A DNA stretch of 64,000 nucleotides from Thermodesulfobacteriota bacterium (GTDB lineage Bacteria > Desulfobacterota > Desulfobulbia > Desulfobulbales > SURF-16): NCBI GenBank assembly GCA_040755455.1, contig JBFMAY010000001.1, positions 256,001-320,000 of the forward strand. The letters are read 5' to 3'. The stretch's first letter is position 1, and each line of letters begins with the position of its first letter. The notes under the pieces were generated by a model that saw only the letters and a program-made list of their open reading frames with translations, made no database searches and was not told the origin of the DNA. Below are positions 18,432 to 26,537 of the stretch, in pieces. Both the position numbers and the translations under genes were made by a program.

Positions 18432-19915
18432 ATTTTCAAAATATCCGCACGGCCTTTCATTGTGAGATGCAGATTCTCACTCCAGTCCACATCGGCAACG
18501 GAGAAAAGTACGTCAATAATTTTGACTTTCTCTGCGAGGCCAACAGGGCTAGAGTTTTCGACCATAAACGCCTCTTTGCCATGGTTGAACAACTTGGCGG
18601 CAGCCATATTGAATCCTTTGCGGCAGCCATGGAAGATGGACAGCTCACCCACTGGCTGCGGAGCAACAACATCAACATCAATGAGGCGGTTGTTCATTCC
18701 TTCAGTTTTCCGGCCCATAATGAACCGAGGGACATCAACCGGCATATCCGCGATGGTTTCGGCCGACCCATCATTCCCGGCTCATCGCTCAAGGGGGTTT
18801 TTCGTACGGCAATACTTGCCCGGCTTGCTGACGACAACCGAACCAATCCGGTGAACCAGGCTCTCGGGAACTTGATGAAGCCGGGAAAAGTGAATGTCAA
18901 GTTTGCCGACAGCTCCCTATGCACGGAACTCCTGGGCGAGGACGCGAAAATGAACCTGATGCGCTCTCTCACCGTGGCCGACTTTACTTTTGCGCCTGAG
19001 GATGTCCAGGTACAGAACGCCTATGTGACAAGGCTAACCAACAGCACGAGATTTGTTCGTAAACCCTGGAGTATCTGGATTGAAAAACTCAACCAGAGCG
19101 CAAACGCCAGCGGACAGGTCTCTTTTGATGATTTTCTCATTACCCAAGCCAAGGGGAAGGAAGCCTTTAATTTCAAGGCGGATTTGACTCTCGTCTGGCT
19201 TGTGGAGGCACTGCGAAAGAGAACCGACAAAGCCCTGAATAGTGAGTTAGATTTTCTTCGTGATAAAAACGGTGACGGCATTGACGGCATGAGGGGTTTT
19301 TATACCAAACTCAAGCAGGATCACCAGAATCTGCCGGAGAATGAAGCCATTGTGCAGTTTGCCTGGGGCAGCGGCTGGAAAGGTATGACTGGTGAACTTC
19401 TTGGGCCGGAGTTGTTGACCAGTGAGGTGCGTAGCAAGCTCAAATTGGCGAATAAATACCTCAACTTTCCCTTTCCCAAAAGCCGCCGCGTCGCGGTAAC
19501 GGGCGTTGCCGCCCTCCCTATGGGCTGGATACGACTCAGGTTCACCAGCAAGGAGGAGATACGCCGTGCTGAGGCTTTCAAGGTACAAGAGGAGAAACGA
19601 GCGCAGCAGGTCAAGATTGAGCAGGAACAGCAGCAAAAAAATGAACAGGAAGCCTGGGGGAAAATGAGCGAAGTAGAGCAGTGCGTGGCCATTATCCGTG
19701 GAGAGACCATTGCCAGGTCGCACGCAACCGGACAGGACCAAGATGCAAATTGCTGGAAGAAAATCGAAACAGCATCCCCGGAGGAGCAAAAAAGCCTAGC
19801 TCTAGCCTTCAAAGAAATCTGGATAAACGACCCGAAAAAATGGGCAAAGAAACAATGCTCCAAAAAACAGTGGGAAAAGGTGCAGAAAGTCAAAACTATC
19901 CTTGGTGAGATGTAA
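18428..19915 (+). CDS. csm5: type III-A RAMP Csm5 with C-terminal helical extension
   Basis: LTPVHIGNG, IPGSSLKG, WGSGW, LPMGW; about 120 extra aa after the last RAMP motif. Confidence 0.93.
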   Translation: MNFQNIRTAFHCEMQILTPVHIGNGEKYVNNFDFLCEANRARVFDHKRLFAMVEQLGGSHIESFAAAMEDGQLTHWLRSNNININEAVVHSFSFPAHNEPRDINRHIRDGFGRPIIPGSSLKGVFRTAILARLADDNRTNPVNQALGNLMKPGKVNVKFADSSLCTELLGEDAKMNLMRSLTVADFTFAPEDVQVQNAYVTRLTNSTRFVRKPWSIWIEKLNQSANASGQVSFDDFLITQAKGKEAFNFKADLTLVWLVEALRKRTDKALNSELDFLRDKNGDGIDGMRGFYTKLKQDHQNLPENEAIVQFAWGSGWKGMTGELLGPELLTSEVRSKLKLANKYLNFPFPKSRRVAVTGVAALPMGWIRLRFTSKEEIRRAEAFKVQEEKRAQQVKIEQEQQQKNEQEAWGKMSEVEQCVAIIRGETIARSHATGQDQDANCWKKIETASPEEQKSLALAFKEIWINDPKKWAKKQCSKKQWEKVQKVKTILGEM

Positions 19916-19990
19916 AGTGCTGGTGCTGATTTGCCAGGAGTTGTTGTCTGATTTTATGCTTTTTTGGGAAACAAACGAGGGATTTCCGCC

Positions 19991-21274
19991 ATGAATACAA
20001 AAACCATTCTCATCTGCACGGTGGGCGGCTCACATCAGCCTATTGTTACCGCCATTCGGGACCTGCGGCCGGATTTTGTCTGTTTCATTTGCTCGGGGAA
20101 AGATCCAGGCACCGGCAAAGCAGGCTCAGATACCCAAGTTCTTGGCAAAGGACGGTGCATCAAGGCAAATTATAATGACGAAAAAGCGTCATTGCCGAAT
20201 ATTCCAACCCAGGCCGGACTCGCTGAAAACAGTTATGAGGTAGTGACAGTCCCGGCCGATGACTTGGACGGGGCGGTGGTCGTTGTCAGGGAGGCGCTTG
20301 TCAACCTCGGGGATCAGTTTACCGGTGCGCGGCTCGTCGCCGATTACACCGGTGGCACTAAAACCATGACTGCGGCGCTCGTTGCCGCCGTCCTTGAAAC
20401 CGACGGCGTTGATCTGCAACTTGTCACAGGCAACAGGGCCGATCTGGTCAAGGTGCGCAACGGCACAGAGGCCAGCGTACTGGCCAATATCGACGCTGTT
20501 AGGCTCCAGCGGGGCATGGCCCCGTATCTTTCCGCCTGGGGCCATTTTGCCTATGATGAGTCGGCGGATGGCCTTGCCTCCATTCCGCAACCACGAGATA
20601 GAGTTTTGGGAAGCCGCCTGTCCCGCAGCCGCGACCTGTCCAATGCCTTTGCCGCCTGGGATCGCTTCGATCATGCCGAAGCCTTGCGCCTTCTTGAAAT
20701 TTATGCAGCGGTTGTCAGTGGGGACCTGGGCAGACATCTTGGCGCTCTCAAGCTGCTCGTGAAAAAATCAGACCAACAGGAACCCATGCGTATTTTCGAT
20801 CTCTGGCGCAACGCCGAACGCCGGGCGGCCCAAGGCCGCTACGACGATGCAGTGGCGCGGGTCTATCGTCTGATCGAGTGGTCCGCGCAGTGGCTATTAC
20901 GCTTACGGTGCGGGATCAATACCAGTGACATCCCGCCGGAGCGCATCCCTGTCGGGGTGGATATTCCGGCAAATCGCGACGGCATGCACCAAGCCGGTCT
21001 TTACGCTGCATGGCTGATGGTGGGGAAATTGACCAGCGGGCCAGCCAGCGGTTTTACGGCGGCACATCTTCCCGCTTTGCTTGGGCATCTTCAGATCCGG
21101 AACGAATCCATCCTTGCTCATGGCTTTTCTTCGGTGGAACAGGGAGCGTGGGAAGATTTACGGAACTGGATGGACGGAATCTTTCTTCCCATGCTGCTTG
21201 AGGAAATAAAAGCGATGCGCCTCCTTCATACCATGCCGCCGCAGCTGCCATCGGTATACATCTGGAACAATTGA
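19991..21274 (+). CDS. CARF-HEPN ancillary ribonuclease (TIGR02710/Csm6-Csx1-like)
   Basis: CARF motifs ICTVGGS and ADYTGGTKTMTAAL; GRYDDAVARVYR; HEPN motif RNESILAH. Confidence 0.88.
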   Translation: MNTKTILICTVGGSHQPIVTAIRDLRPDFVCFICSGKDPGTGKAGSDTQVLGKGRCIKANYNDEKASLPNIPTQAGLAENSYEVVTVPADDLDGAVVVVREALVNLGDQFTGARLVADYTGGTKTMTAALVAAVLETDGVDLQLVTGNRADLVKVRNGTEASVLANIDAVRLQRGMAPYLSAWGHFAYDESADGLASIPQPRDRVLGSRLSRSRDLSNAFAAWDRFDHAEALRLLEIYAAVVSGDLGRHLGALKLLVKKSDQQEPMRIFDLWRNAERRAAQGRYDDAVARVYRLIEWSAQWLLRLRCGINTSDIPPERIPVGVDIPANRDGMHQAGLYAAWLMVGKLTSGPASGFTAAHLPALLGHLQIRNESILAHGFSSVEQGAWEDLRNWMDGIFLPMLLEEIKAMRLLHTMPPQLPSVYIWNN

Positions 21275-21461
21275 ACAGAGGTATAGGCGGCATGGCCTTT
21301 GAAATCGTCAAGGTTGAGGTTTGAAGCCAGGCTGATTATCAGCAGGGGAATGAATATTAAGAATAAAATGCGACTCTTTGAGAATTGACAGTATTTCAGG
21401 CCCCCTTCCTTGCCTCTGTGACACCTTTGCGCTACATTCGAGTAATGGAGGTGATATCACC

Positions 21462-21752
21462 ATGAAGACAAAACAGCAGATCATGAAACTTCTTGCCATG
21501 AACAAGCCGGAACTGGAAAAACGTTTCGGAGTGAAGACCCTCGCGCTTTTCGGCTCCTATGCCCGCGGGGATATGAGGCCTGACAGTGACGTCGATATTC
21601 TGGTGGACGTGCCTCCGGAAATCGGCCTTGAATTCGTTACTCTGGCCGATAGGCTGGAAAATCTTCTCGGCCTGCCGGTCGAGCTGGTCTCCAGGAGAGC
21701 AATAAATACGCAATTCTACCAGAGCCTCGAAGGCGAGATTGAGTATGTCTAA
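21462..21752 (+). CDS. minimal nucleotidyltransferase antitoxin (MntA-like)
   Basis: LFGSYARGD..DSDVDILV; RBS GGAGGT. Confidence 0.92.
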   Translation: MKTKQQIMKLLAMNKPELEKRFGVKTLALFGSYARGDMRPDSDVDILVDVPPEIGLEFVTLADRLENLLGLPVELVSRRAINTQFYQSLEGEIEYV

Positions 21753-22083
21753 ACGTACGGCGGAAATACTGCTTTTCGATATCCGGCAGGCTATCGAAAA
21801 GATTCGAAAATATACATCTGGCATGAACCGGGAAGGGTTCATTTCCACCGATATGGCCGCTGATGCCGTAGTGCGCAATCTCGAAATCATCGGAGAAGCG
21901 GCGAACCGCCTTCCCGAGGATTTCATCAGCTTGCATCCTGAAATCGAATGGCGAAAGATCGTTGGCCTGCGGCACCGGATTGTTCATCAATACTTCGGTG
22001 TGGACCTTGATATCATTTGGGCAATCATCCAGAAAGACCTGTTTGATCTGGAGAAATGGCTGACCAGTCAATTCTCCGCATAG
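21745..22083 (+). CDS. HEPN/DUF86 toxin (HepT-like)
   Basis: RNLEIIGEA and LRHRIVHQY (RX4HXY); overlaps the MNT stop. Confidence 0.92.
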   Translation: MSKRTAEILLFDIRQAIEKIRKYTSGMNREGFISTDMAADAVVRNLEIIGEAANRLPEDFISLHPEIEWRKIVGLRHRIVHQYFGVDLDIIWAIIQKDLFDLEKWLTSQFSA

Positions 22084-22105
22084 CGCAGGCCTATTTCCAC
22101 CATGA

Positions 22106-22483
22106 TCAACCCGCCGTCAGCTCCTGGAGCCATTGGGGGAAATGATGCCAGGGGAGGGCCAGGTGGCCGCCCGGCAGGGGTCGGGGTTCCGGGATACTGC
22201 AGACGAGCAGGCAGTGGCGGTAAGCTTGATCTCCACCGGCCACAGTCTGCCCTTTGCCTGGATAAGCAGATCGACCCCAAGCCCGTCGTGGGAACGCCGG
22301 AAAAAGAGCGCCGGTTTTTCGCCCCTGGCCGCGAAGGTTTTCACCGCCTCGCTCAGACCCAGCCTTCGAGAAAGGCCCCCCGCCCATCGGGCCGGCCAGC
22401 GCCGCCGCAAGATCGGGCTGACGGGTGAGGATGGCGGGCAGGGCGTTGTCCAGGAAGTAGAATTTCGGCGTCTTGATCAGCAT
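22106..22483 (-). pseudogene. frameshifted fragment of an AAA-ATPase/DUF4143 protein
   Basis: LIKTPKFYFLD..GPMGG in one frame; SEAVK..LFFRRSHDGLGVDLLI..LWPVEIK in another; no ATPase N-terminus. Confidence 0.75.
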
Positions 22484-22525
22484 GTCGCATTACCCTTTTG
22501 AACGCACCAGGTTACAATTCGGGAG

Positions 22526-23440
22526 ATGATTGTCATGATACTCAAAAAACAGGCAATCCGGATTTTTCAAGAATTCAGCCCCTGGCTGTTGGCCGCCGTC
22601 ACCGTGCTTGCCGGCAACCTGGCGGCGACTTACCTTTGGATGACATTTGAGGCATGGGCGAAAGGGCAATGGGGAGAAGTGTCTTGGTTGGGGAGGTGCT
22701 ATGTTGTTTTTTTCTTCTTGATGGCCTGGGTTCTTTTCAAACAGAGGGATAAGTTTTTCCCGCCTCGCACACGATATTTCCGAAATGAAAAGGCGCAGAA
22801 GAGAAAACACCTGGTTCTTTTTCTCTCAATCAGTGATCATGACCTGGCAAAAACCGGGATACCGGAAAAGATTCGGCTTCAATTCCAAAGCCTCGCGGAA
22901 GACATTGCTTTAATAAAAAAGAAAAAGATTGAAGAGAAAATACGCTGGAACTGGGAGATGCCTTTGCGCGCCATCAATCATCATCTTGGCGTTCTTACGA
23001 CAGTTAATATCTGTTGCTCAAGTCGATCCTTTGCTCACGTTCATTTTTTTCTCAATATCTGCAAGCGGTATCAGGAACTTGCGAAAGTCAAGTTTCTCCT
23101 TCTCGTACAAAAGGAATGCCATCCGGTTCTGGTTAATGCGGCAAGCCTGAACAGAACGGGGCAAGATTGCCAGCCCGAGAATTTCTCCGGCTTCTCGGGG
23201 TTTGATTTTGAAAATTTTGATGACTTGACTGATGCTTTACTGTTGTTGATCTCAAAATACGAGTCGTTTGAGAATGACATCATGATCGATATTACAGGAG
23301 GGCAGAAGCCGACCAGCATTGTTGGCGCGGCAGTGACCTTCAACCAGAAAATAAAGGCGCAGTACATCCAAACTGAGGGAGAAAATGAGGTGCTCAGCTA
23401 CGATGTTGTTTTATCCCCAAAGCTGGAGGCGGGAGTATGA
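22526..23440 (+). CDS. 2TM-CARF membrane effector (Cam1-like)
   Basis: Two N-terminal hydrophobic helices; HLVLFLS, NWEMPLRAINHHL and CARF motif IDITGGQKPTS; no nuclease domain seen. Confidence 0.78.
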   Translation: MIVMILKKQAIRIFQEFSPWLLAAVTVLAGNLAATYLWMTFEAWAKGQWGEVSWLGRCYVVFFFLMAWVLFKQRDKFFPPRTRYFRNEKAQKRKHLVLFLSISDHDLAKTGIPEKIRLQFQSLAEDIALIKKKKIEEKIRWNWEMPLRAINHHLGVLTTVNICCSSRSFAHVHFFLNICKRYQELAKVKFLLLVQKECHPVLVNAASLNRTGQDCQPENFSGFSGFDFENFDDLTDALLLLISKYESFENDIMIDITGGQKPTSIVGAAVTFNQKIKAQYIQTEGENEVLSYDVVLSPKLEAGV

Positions 23441-23444
23441 GTCC

Positions 23445-23684
23445 ATGATTTCAATCGATCTTGCATTGTTTTACGCCGATACCGCCAAACTTGCTGATTT
23501 GCCTGTCTATATCACCAAGGCCCTTGAACTGTCCGGGGAGGGAAACGAAATTGTGCTCACCGGCAGGGCGCCGGTCTGGCTTTATCTGAGTGTGGCCCAT
23601 GCCCTGCACGGCAAGGCCAGAAGGCTTACCTACACATCGCCGGTGACCGGCGATGTGGTTATTTTTGATCATGACCCGTTCTGA
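23445..23684 (+). CDS. csx3: Csx3/Crn3-like ring nuclease
   Basis: 79 aa; IVLTGRAPVWLYLSVAHALH matches the Csx3 GRxPxWLY..H signature. Confidence 0.8.
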   Translation: MISIDLALFYADTAKLADLPVYITKALELSGEGNEIVLTGRAPVWLYLSVAHALHGKARRLTYTSPVTGDVVIFDHDPF

Positions 23685-23688
23685 CAAT

Positions 23689-24648
23689 ATGAAAGCTGCT
23701 ACCTTTCATTACGCCGCCCTCCTTGCCGCCTTTGAGGCTGTCAAGGACAACCATGGCTGCGCCGGGGTGGACGGGGTCACCATTACGATGTTTGAAAAGG
23801 GGTTGCCCGTCAATCTCGCCAGGCTGCGGACAGAGCTGAATGATGGGACCTATTTCCCGCTGCCGCTCATGAAGATTCAGGTGGCGAAAAAAAACGGCGA
23901 GCCGCGGGGCCTGTGTATCCCCACGGTGCGTGACCGGGTGGCCCAGACCGCGGTGCTGCATCGCATCGGGCCGCTTTTTGAACGGGAGTTCGAGGAGTGC
24001 AGTTTCGCCTACCGCCAGGGCCGGTCGGTGCGGCAGGCGGTCATGCGGATCAAGGAGTTGCATGAAAAGGGATACCGTTGGGTGGTTGAGGCCGATATCG
24101 ACGCCTTTTTTGATACGGTTGACCACGGCCTGATGCTGGCAAAATGCCGCGGGATTATTGCGGACCAGCGGATTCTCGAACTCATCGATATGTGGCTCAA
24201 GGCCGAGGTCTGGGACGGGACCGCCATTTCGGTCCTGGGACAAGGGCTGCCCCAGGGCTCGCCGGTTTCCCCGGTCCTGGCCAATCTCTTTCTTGATGAA
24301 CTTGACGAGGCGATGCTGGGCAAAGGCTATAAATTCATCCGCTATGCCGATGATTATGTGGTGCTCTGCAGGACCCGGCAGGAGGCGGGCGACGCCCTGG
24401 AGCTGTCCCAGCAGGTTCTGGAAAAGCTCTTGCTGAAGCTCGATGAAGGGGATATTGTCAGCTTTGAGCAGGGTTTTACCTATCTCGGGGTCACCTTTGC
24501 CGGCGGTTTGATCATGACCCCCTTTGACCGGCCGAAGAAGAACCACGGGGTCCTCTTTTATCCGGCCCCTTTTGATCTGGAAACCTATCTGCGTGACAGG
24601 AGGAGAGATGCCGCCGGGCCTCGGGATGCGGATGGCCGGAGCGGGTGA
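23689..24648 (+). CDS. stand-alone CRISPR-associated reverse transcriptase (group II intron-like RT domain)
   Basis: AGVDG (RT0), IPTVRDRVAQ, SFAYR, EADIDAFFD, GLPQGSPVSPVLANLFL, RYADD, FTYLG; 319 aa with no maturase X/En domain and no Cas1 fusion. Confidence 0.93.
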   Translation: MKAATFHYAALLAAFEAVKDNHGCAGVDGVTITMFEKGLPVNLARLRTELNDGTYFPLPLMKIQVAKKNGEPRGLCIPTVRDRVAQTAVLHRIGPLFEREFEECSFAYRQGRSVRQAVMRIKELHEKGYRWVVEADIDAFFDTVDHGLMLAKCRGIIADQRILELIDMWLKAEVWDGTAISVLGQGLPQGSPVSPVLANLFLDELDEAMLGKGYKFIRYADDYVVLCRTRQEAGDALELSQQVLEKLLLKLDEGDIVSFEQGFTYLGVTFAGGLIMTPFDRPKKNHGVLFYPAPFDLETYLRDRRRDAAGPRDADGRSG

Positions 24649-24885
24649 ATATTTTGCGAAAATTGTTTTTAACGTGTTGAATTTGTGTATGTTTGACTAT
24701 TTTTTTTAACAGGGGCACAAAGGGGGGTGGTTACAGGAAATGTGTAACTTGTTGTTATTTTTTGGGAAAACGCTTGGAAAACTTCACAATAAAAGGAGGT
24801 GACGACCGGAAAATGCGACGCAAAACGGGGGTTACAGGAAATTGCCTTATAACTATCCGGATGTACAGTCAAAAAAAGGGGTACT
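24649..24885 (+). promoter_or_regulatory. CRISPR leader
   Basis: AT-rich non-coding stretch abutting repeat 1; GGTTACAGGAAAT occurs twice (24729, 24830). Confidence 0.8.
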
Positions 24886-25660
24886 GTTGGCGACATTGAC
24901 CTGATTACGAAGGGATTGAGACAGCACCACGTTGGAATCTGTATTGATTCTTGCCGGTAAGTTGGCGACATTGACCTGATTACGAAGGGATTGAGACTTC
25001 ATATAGCGAAGAACCAGCTCGGCATCTTCAATGTTGGCGACATTGACCTGATTACGAAGGGATTGAGACACAAATATAGCCCTTTTTTCCACCCATCTCA
25101 CCGACGTTGGCGACATTGACCTGATTACGAAGGGATTGAGACTTCAAAGATATCTCGCGCTTCCTGGAAAGTTATTGCTGTTGGCGACATTGACCTGATT
25201 ACGAAGGGATTGAGACATAATTTATATCATGTGTGTTCGTTTCATTGATCAATGTTGGCGACATTGACCTGATTACGAAGGGATTGAGACCCTTCATTAT
25301 GGCATTTATCGTACCATCTCCAATTGCGTTGGCGACATTGACCTGATTACGAAGGGATTGAGACCCTGACGTATTGGTCCCTGATGCAAGCATTGTATTG
25401 TGTTGGCGACATTGACCTGATTACGAAGGGATTGAGACTTAAAATTCCATTACGATCGGTCAAGCTTCCAAAAAACGTGTTGGCGACATTGACCTGATTA
25501 CGAAGGGATTGAGACAACCGGGCATGTGTTGGCGACCGACGTGGATCCGCGGTTGGCGACATTGACCTGATTACGAAGGGATTGAGACAGTTTATAAAAT
25601 GTTGGTTTCGTTAAAATGACATTGTTGGCGACATTGACCTGATTACGAAGGGATGGGATG
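24886..25660 (+). CRISPR. CRISPR array: 11 repeats of 37 bp (GTTGGCGACATTGACCTGATTACGAAGGGATTGAGAC), 10 spacers of 35-40 bp
   Basis: Repeats start at 24886, 24961, 25033, 25106, 25180, 25254, 25328, 25402, 25479, 25552, 25624; the last is degenerate in its final 6 nt; the ATTGAGAC handle and leader position give + orientation. Confidence 0.99.
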
Positions 25661-25736
25661 AGCTGTTAGCTCATGGCTCATGGCTGATGGGGAACAGCAA
25701 AGGTGAAAACGTTCCAGCGTTCCAGCGTGTAAGCGT
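25658..25736. repeat. short tandem heptamer and octamer repeats with a hairpin just after the array
   Basis: GCTGTTA GCTCATG GCTCATG GCTGATG; CGTTCCAG CGTTCCAG CGTGTAAG; hairpin ATGAGCT-gtt-AGCTCAT. Confidence 0.65.
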
Positions 25737-25847
25737 CGCAGCATCAAAGAGATACATCGCGAACCGTTCCCGCCCGTGGGCGCTCCGGGTGATGAGTTCG
25801 GAAAGATGGCTTTTGGCCTCGGCAACGGAAATTCTGGACATTGGCAT
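25671..25847 (-). pseudogene. truncated Phd/YefM antitoxin
   Basis: RBS AAGGAG; MSRISVAEAKSHLSELITRSAHGRERF is a Phd N-terminus that runs into unrelated repeat-derived sequence; no partner toxin. Confidence 0.7.
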
Positions 25848-26199
25848 GCTCCTTAAGAGAAAGGATCATAAAAGTCATGTTGACTTTTTCATGATATCCT
25901 GCGGCGGTTCAAGATCTGGCTTTCATTTGCCGGTACGTGAGGAACAGGCAAGGCAGTTCACGGTTGTCTTCCTCCCTGATTAACCACCAGGGCAGGCAGC
26001 TTGTCATTGTGGCCTGTTTGTGCTACAATTAAATATGTGATTACCACTGAAATTCAGCCGGTCTTTCAGTAGATGATGTAATGCATTGATAATGCTCAAA
26101 GATGCAATTTGACCAGAGGTCATTCGCGCTTTCTCGGGAATGACGTGCAAAAAGGCTGAAGATTGATGGTAATCACAATTAAACAAGGGAGGGGATATC

Positions 26200-26475
26200 A
26201 TGAGCAAAACGGCAACCGTCCGGGCGCGGATACAGCCCGATTTGAAAAACCATGCGGAGGCGGTATTTGAGCGGTTGGGGATCAACGCTACCCAGGCGAT
26301 TACCATGTTTTATAAACAGGTTGAAATACACAACGGCCTGCCCTTTGATCTGGTCATTCCGGCCCCGGCCACGAAAAAGACTTTCCAGGCCACCGATGCC
26401 GGCCGCGATCTGGTCGTCTGTGAAGACGCCGGCGACATGTTCGCGAAACTGGGGTATAGTGGACCCCCAAAATGA
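26200..26475 (+). CDS. RelB/DinJ family antitoxin (orphan)
   Basis: MSKTATVRARI..AEAVFERLGINATQAITMFYKQV..GLPFDL; no toxin follows. Confidence 0.88.
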   Translation: MSKTATVRARIQPDLKNHAEAVFERLGINATQAITMFYKQVEIHNGLPFDLVIPAPATKKTFQATDAGRDLVVCEDAGDMFAKLGYSGPPK

Positions 26476-26535
26476 GACAGTATGTTAAGGTGGAATTTGT
26501 ACTGTCTTGAGGGGGGGGAAATGAAGCGAAAACAA
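26455..26535 (+). mobile_element. possible IS3-family left-end remnant
   Basis: TATAGTGGACCCCCAAAATGAGACAG resembles IS3-family terminal IRs; internal inverted repeat AGACAGTA/TACTGTCT; followed by an RBS and ATG-KRKQ like an orfA start. Confidence 0.45.
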
Positions 26536-26537
26536 TC

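Noticed and set aside
21319..21355. Possible degenerate CRISPR repeat (CTGATTA..AGGGGAATGA) after the CARF-HEPN gene
   Set aside because: Match is short, needs gaps and has no second repeat
23689..24648. RT as a DGR, retron or mobile group II intron
   Set aside because: PQG/YADD signature is group II-like, but there is no maturase/En domain, no intergenic room for intron RNA, no TR/VR pair or msr-msd seen, and the context is CRISPR
24853..25562. Minus-strand ORFs with repeated SQSLRNQVNVAN
   Set aside because: They are translations of the CRISPR repeats
24923..25623. Self-targeting spacers within the window
   Set aside because: No match noticed by eye; a proper alignment is needed to exclude it
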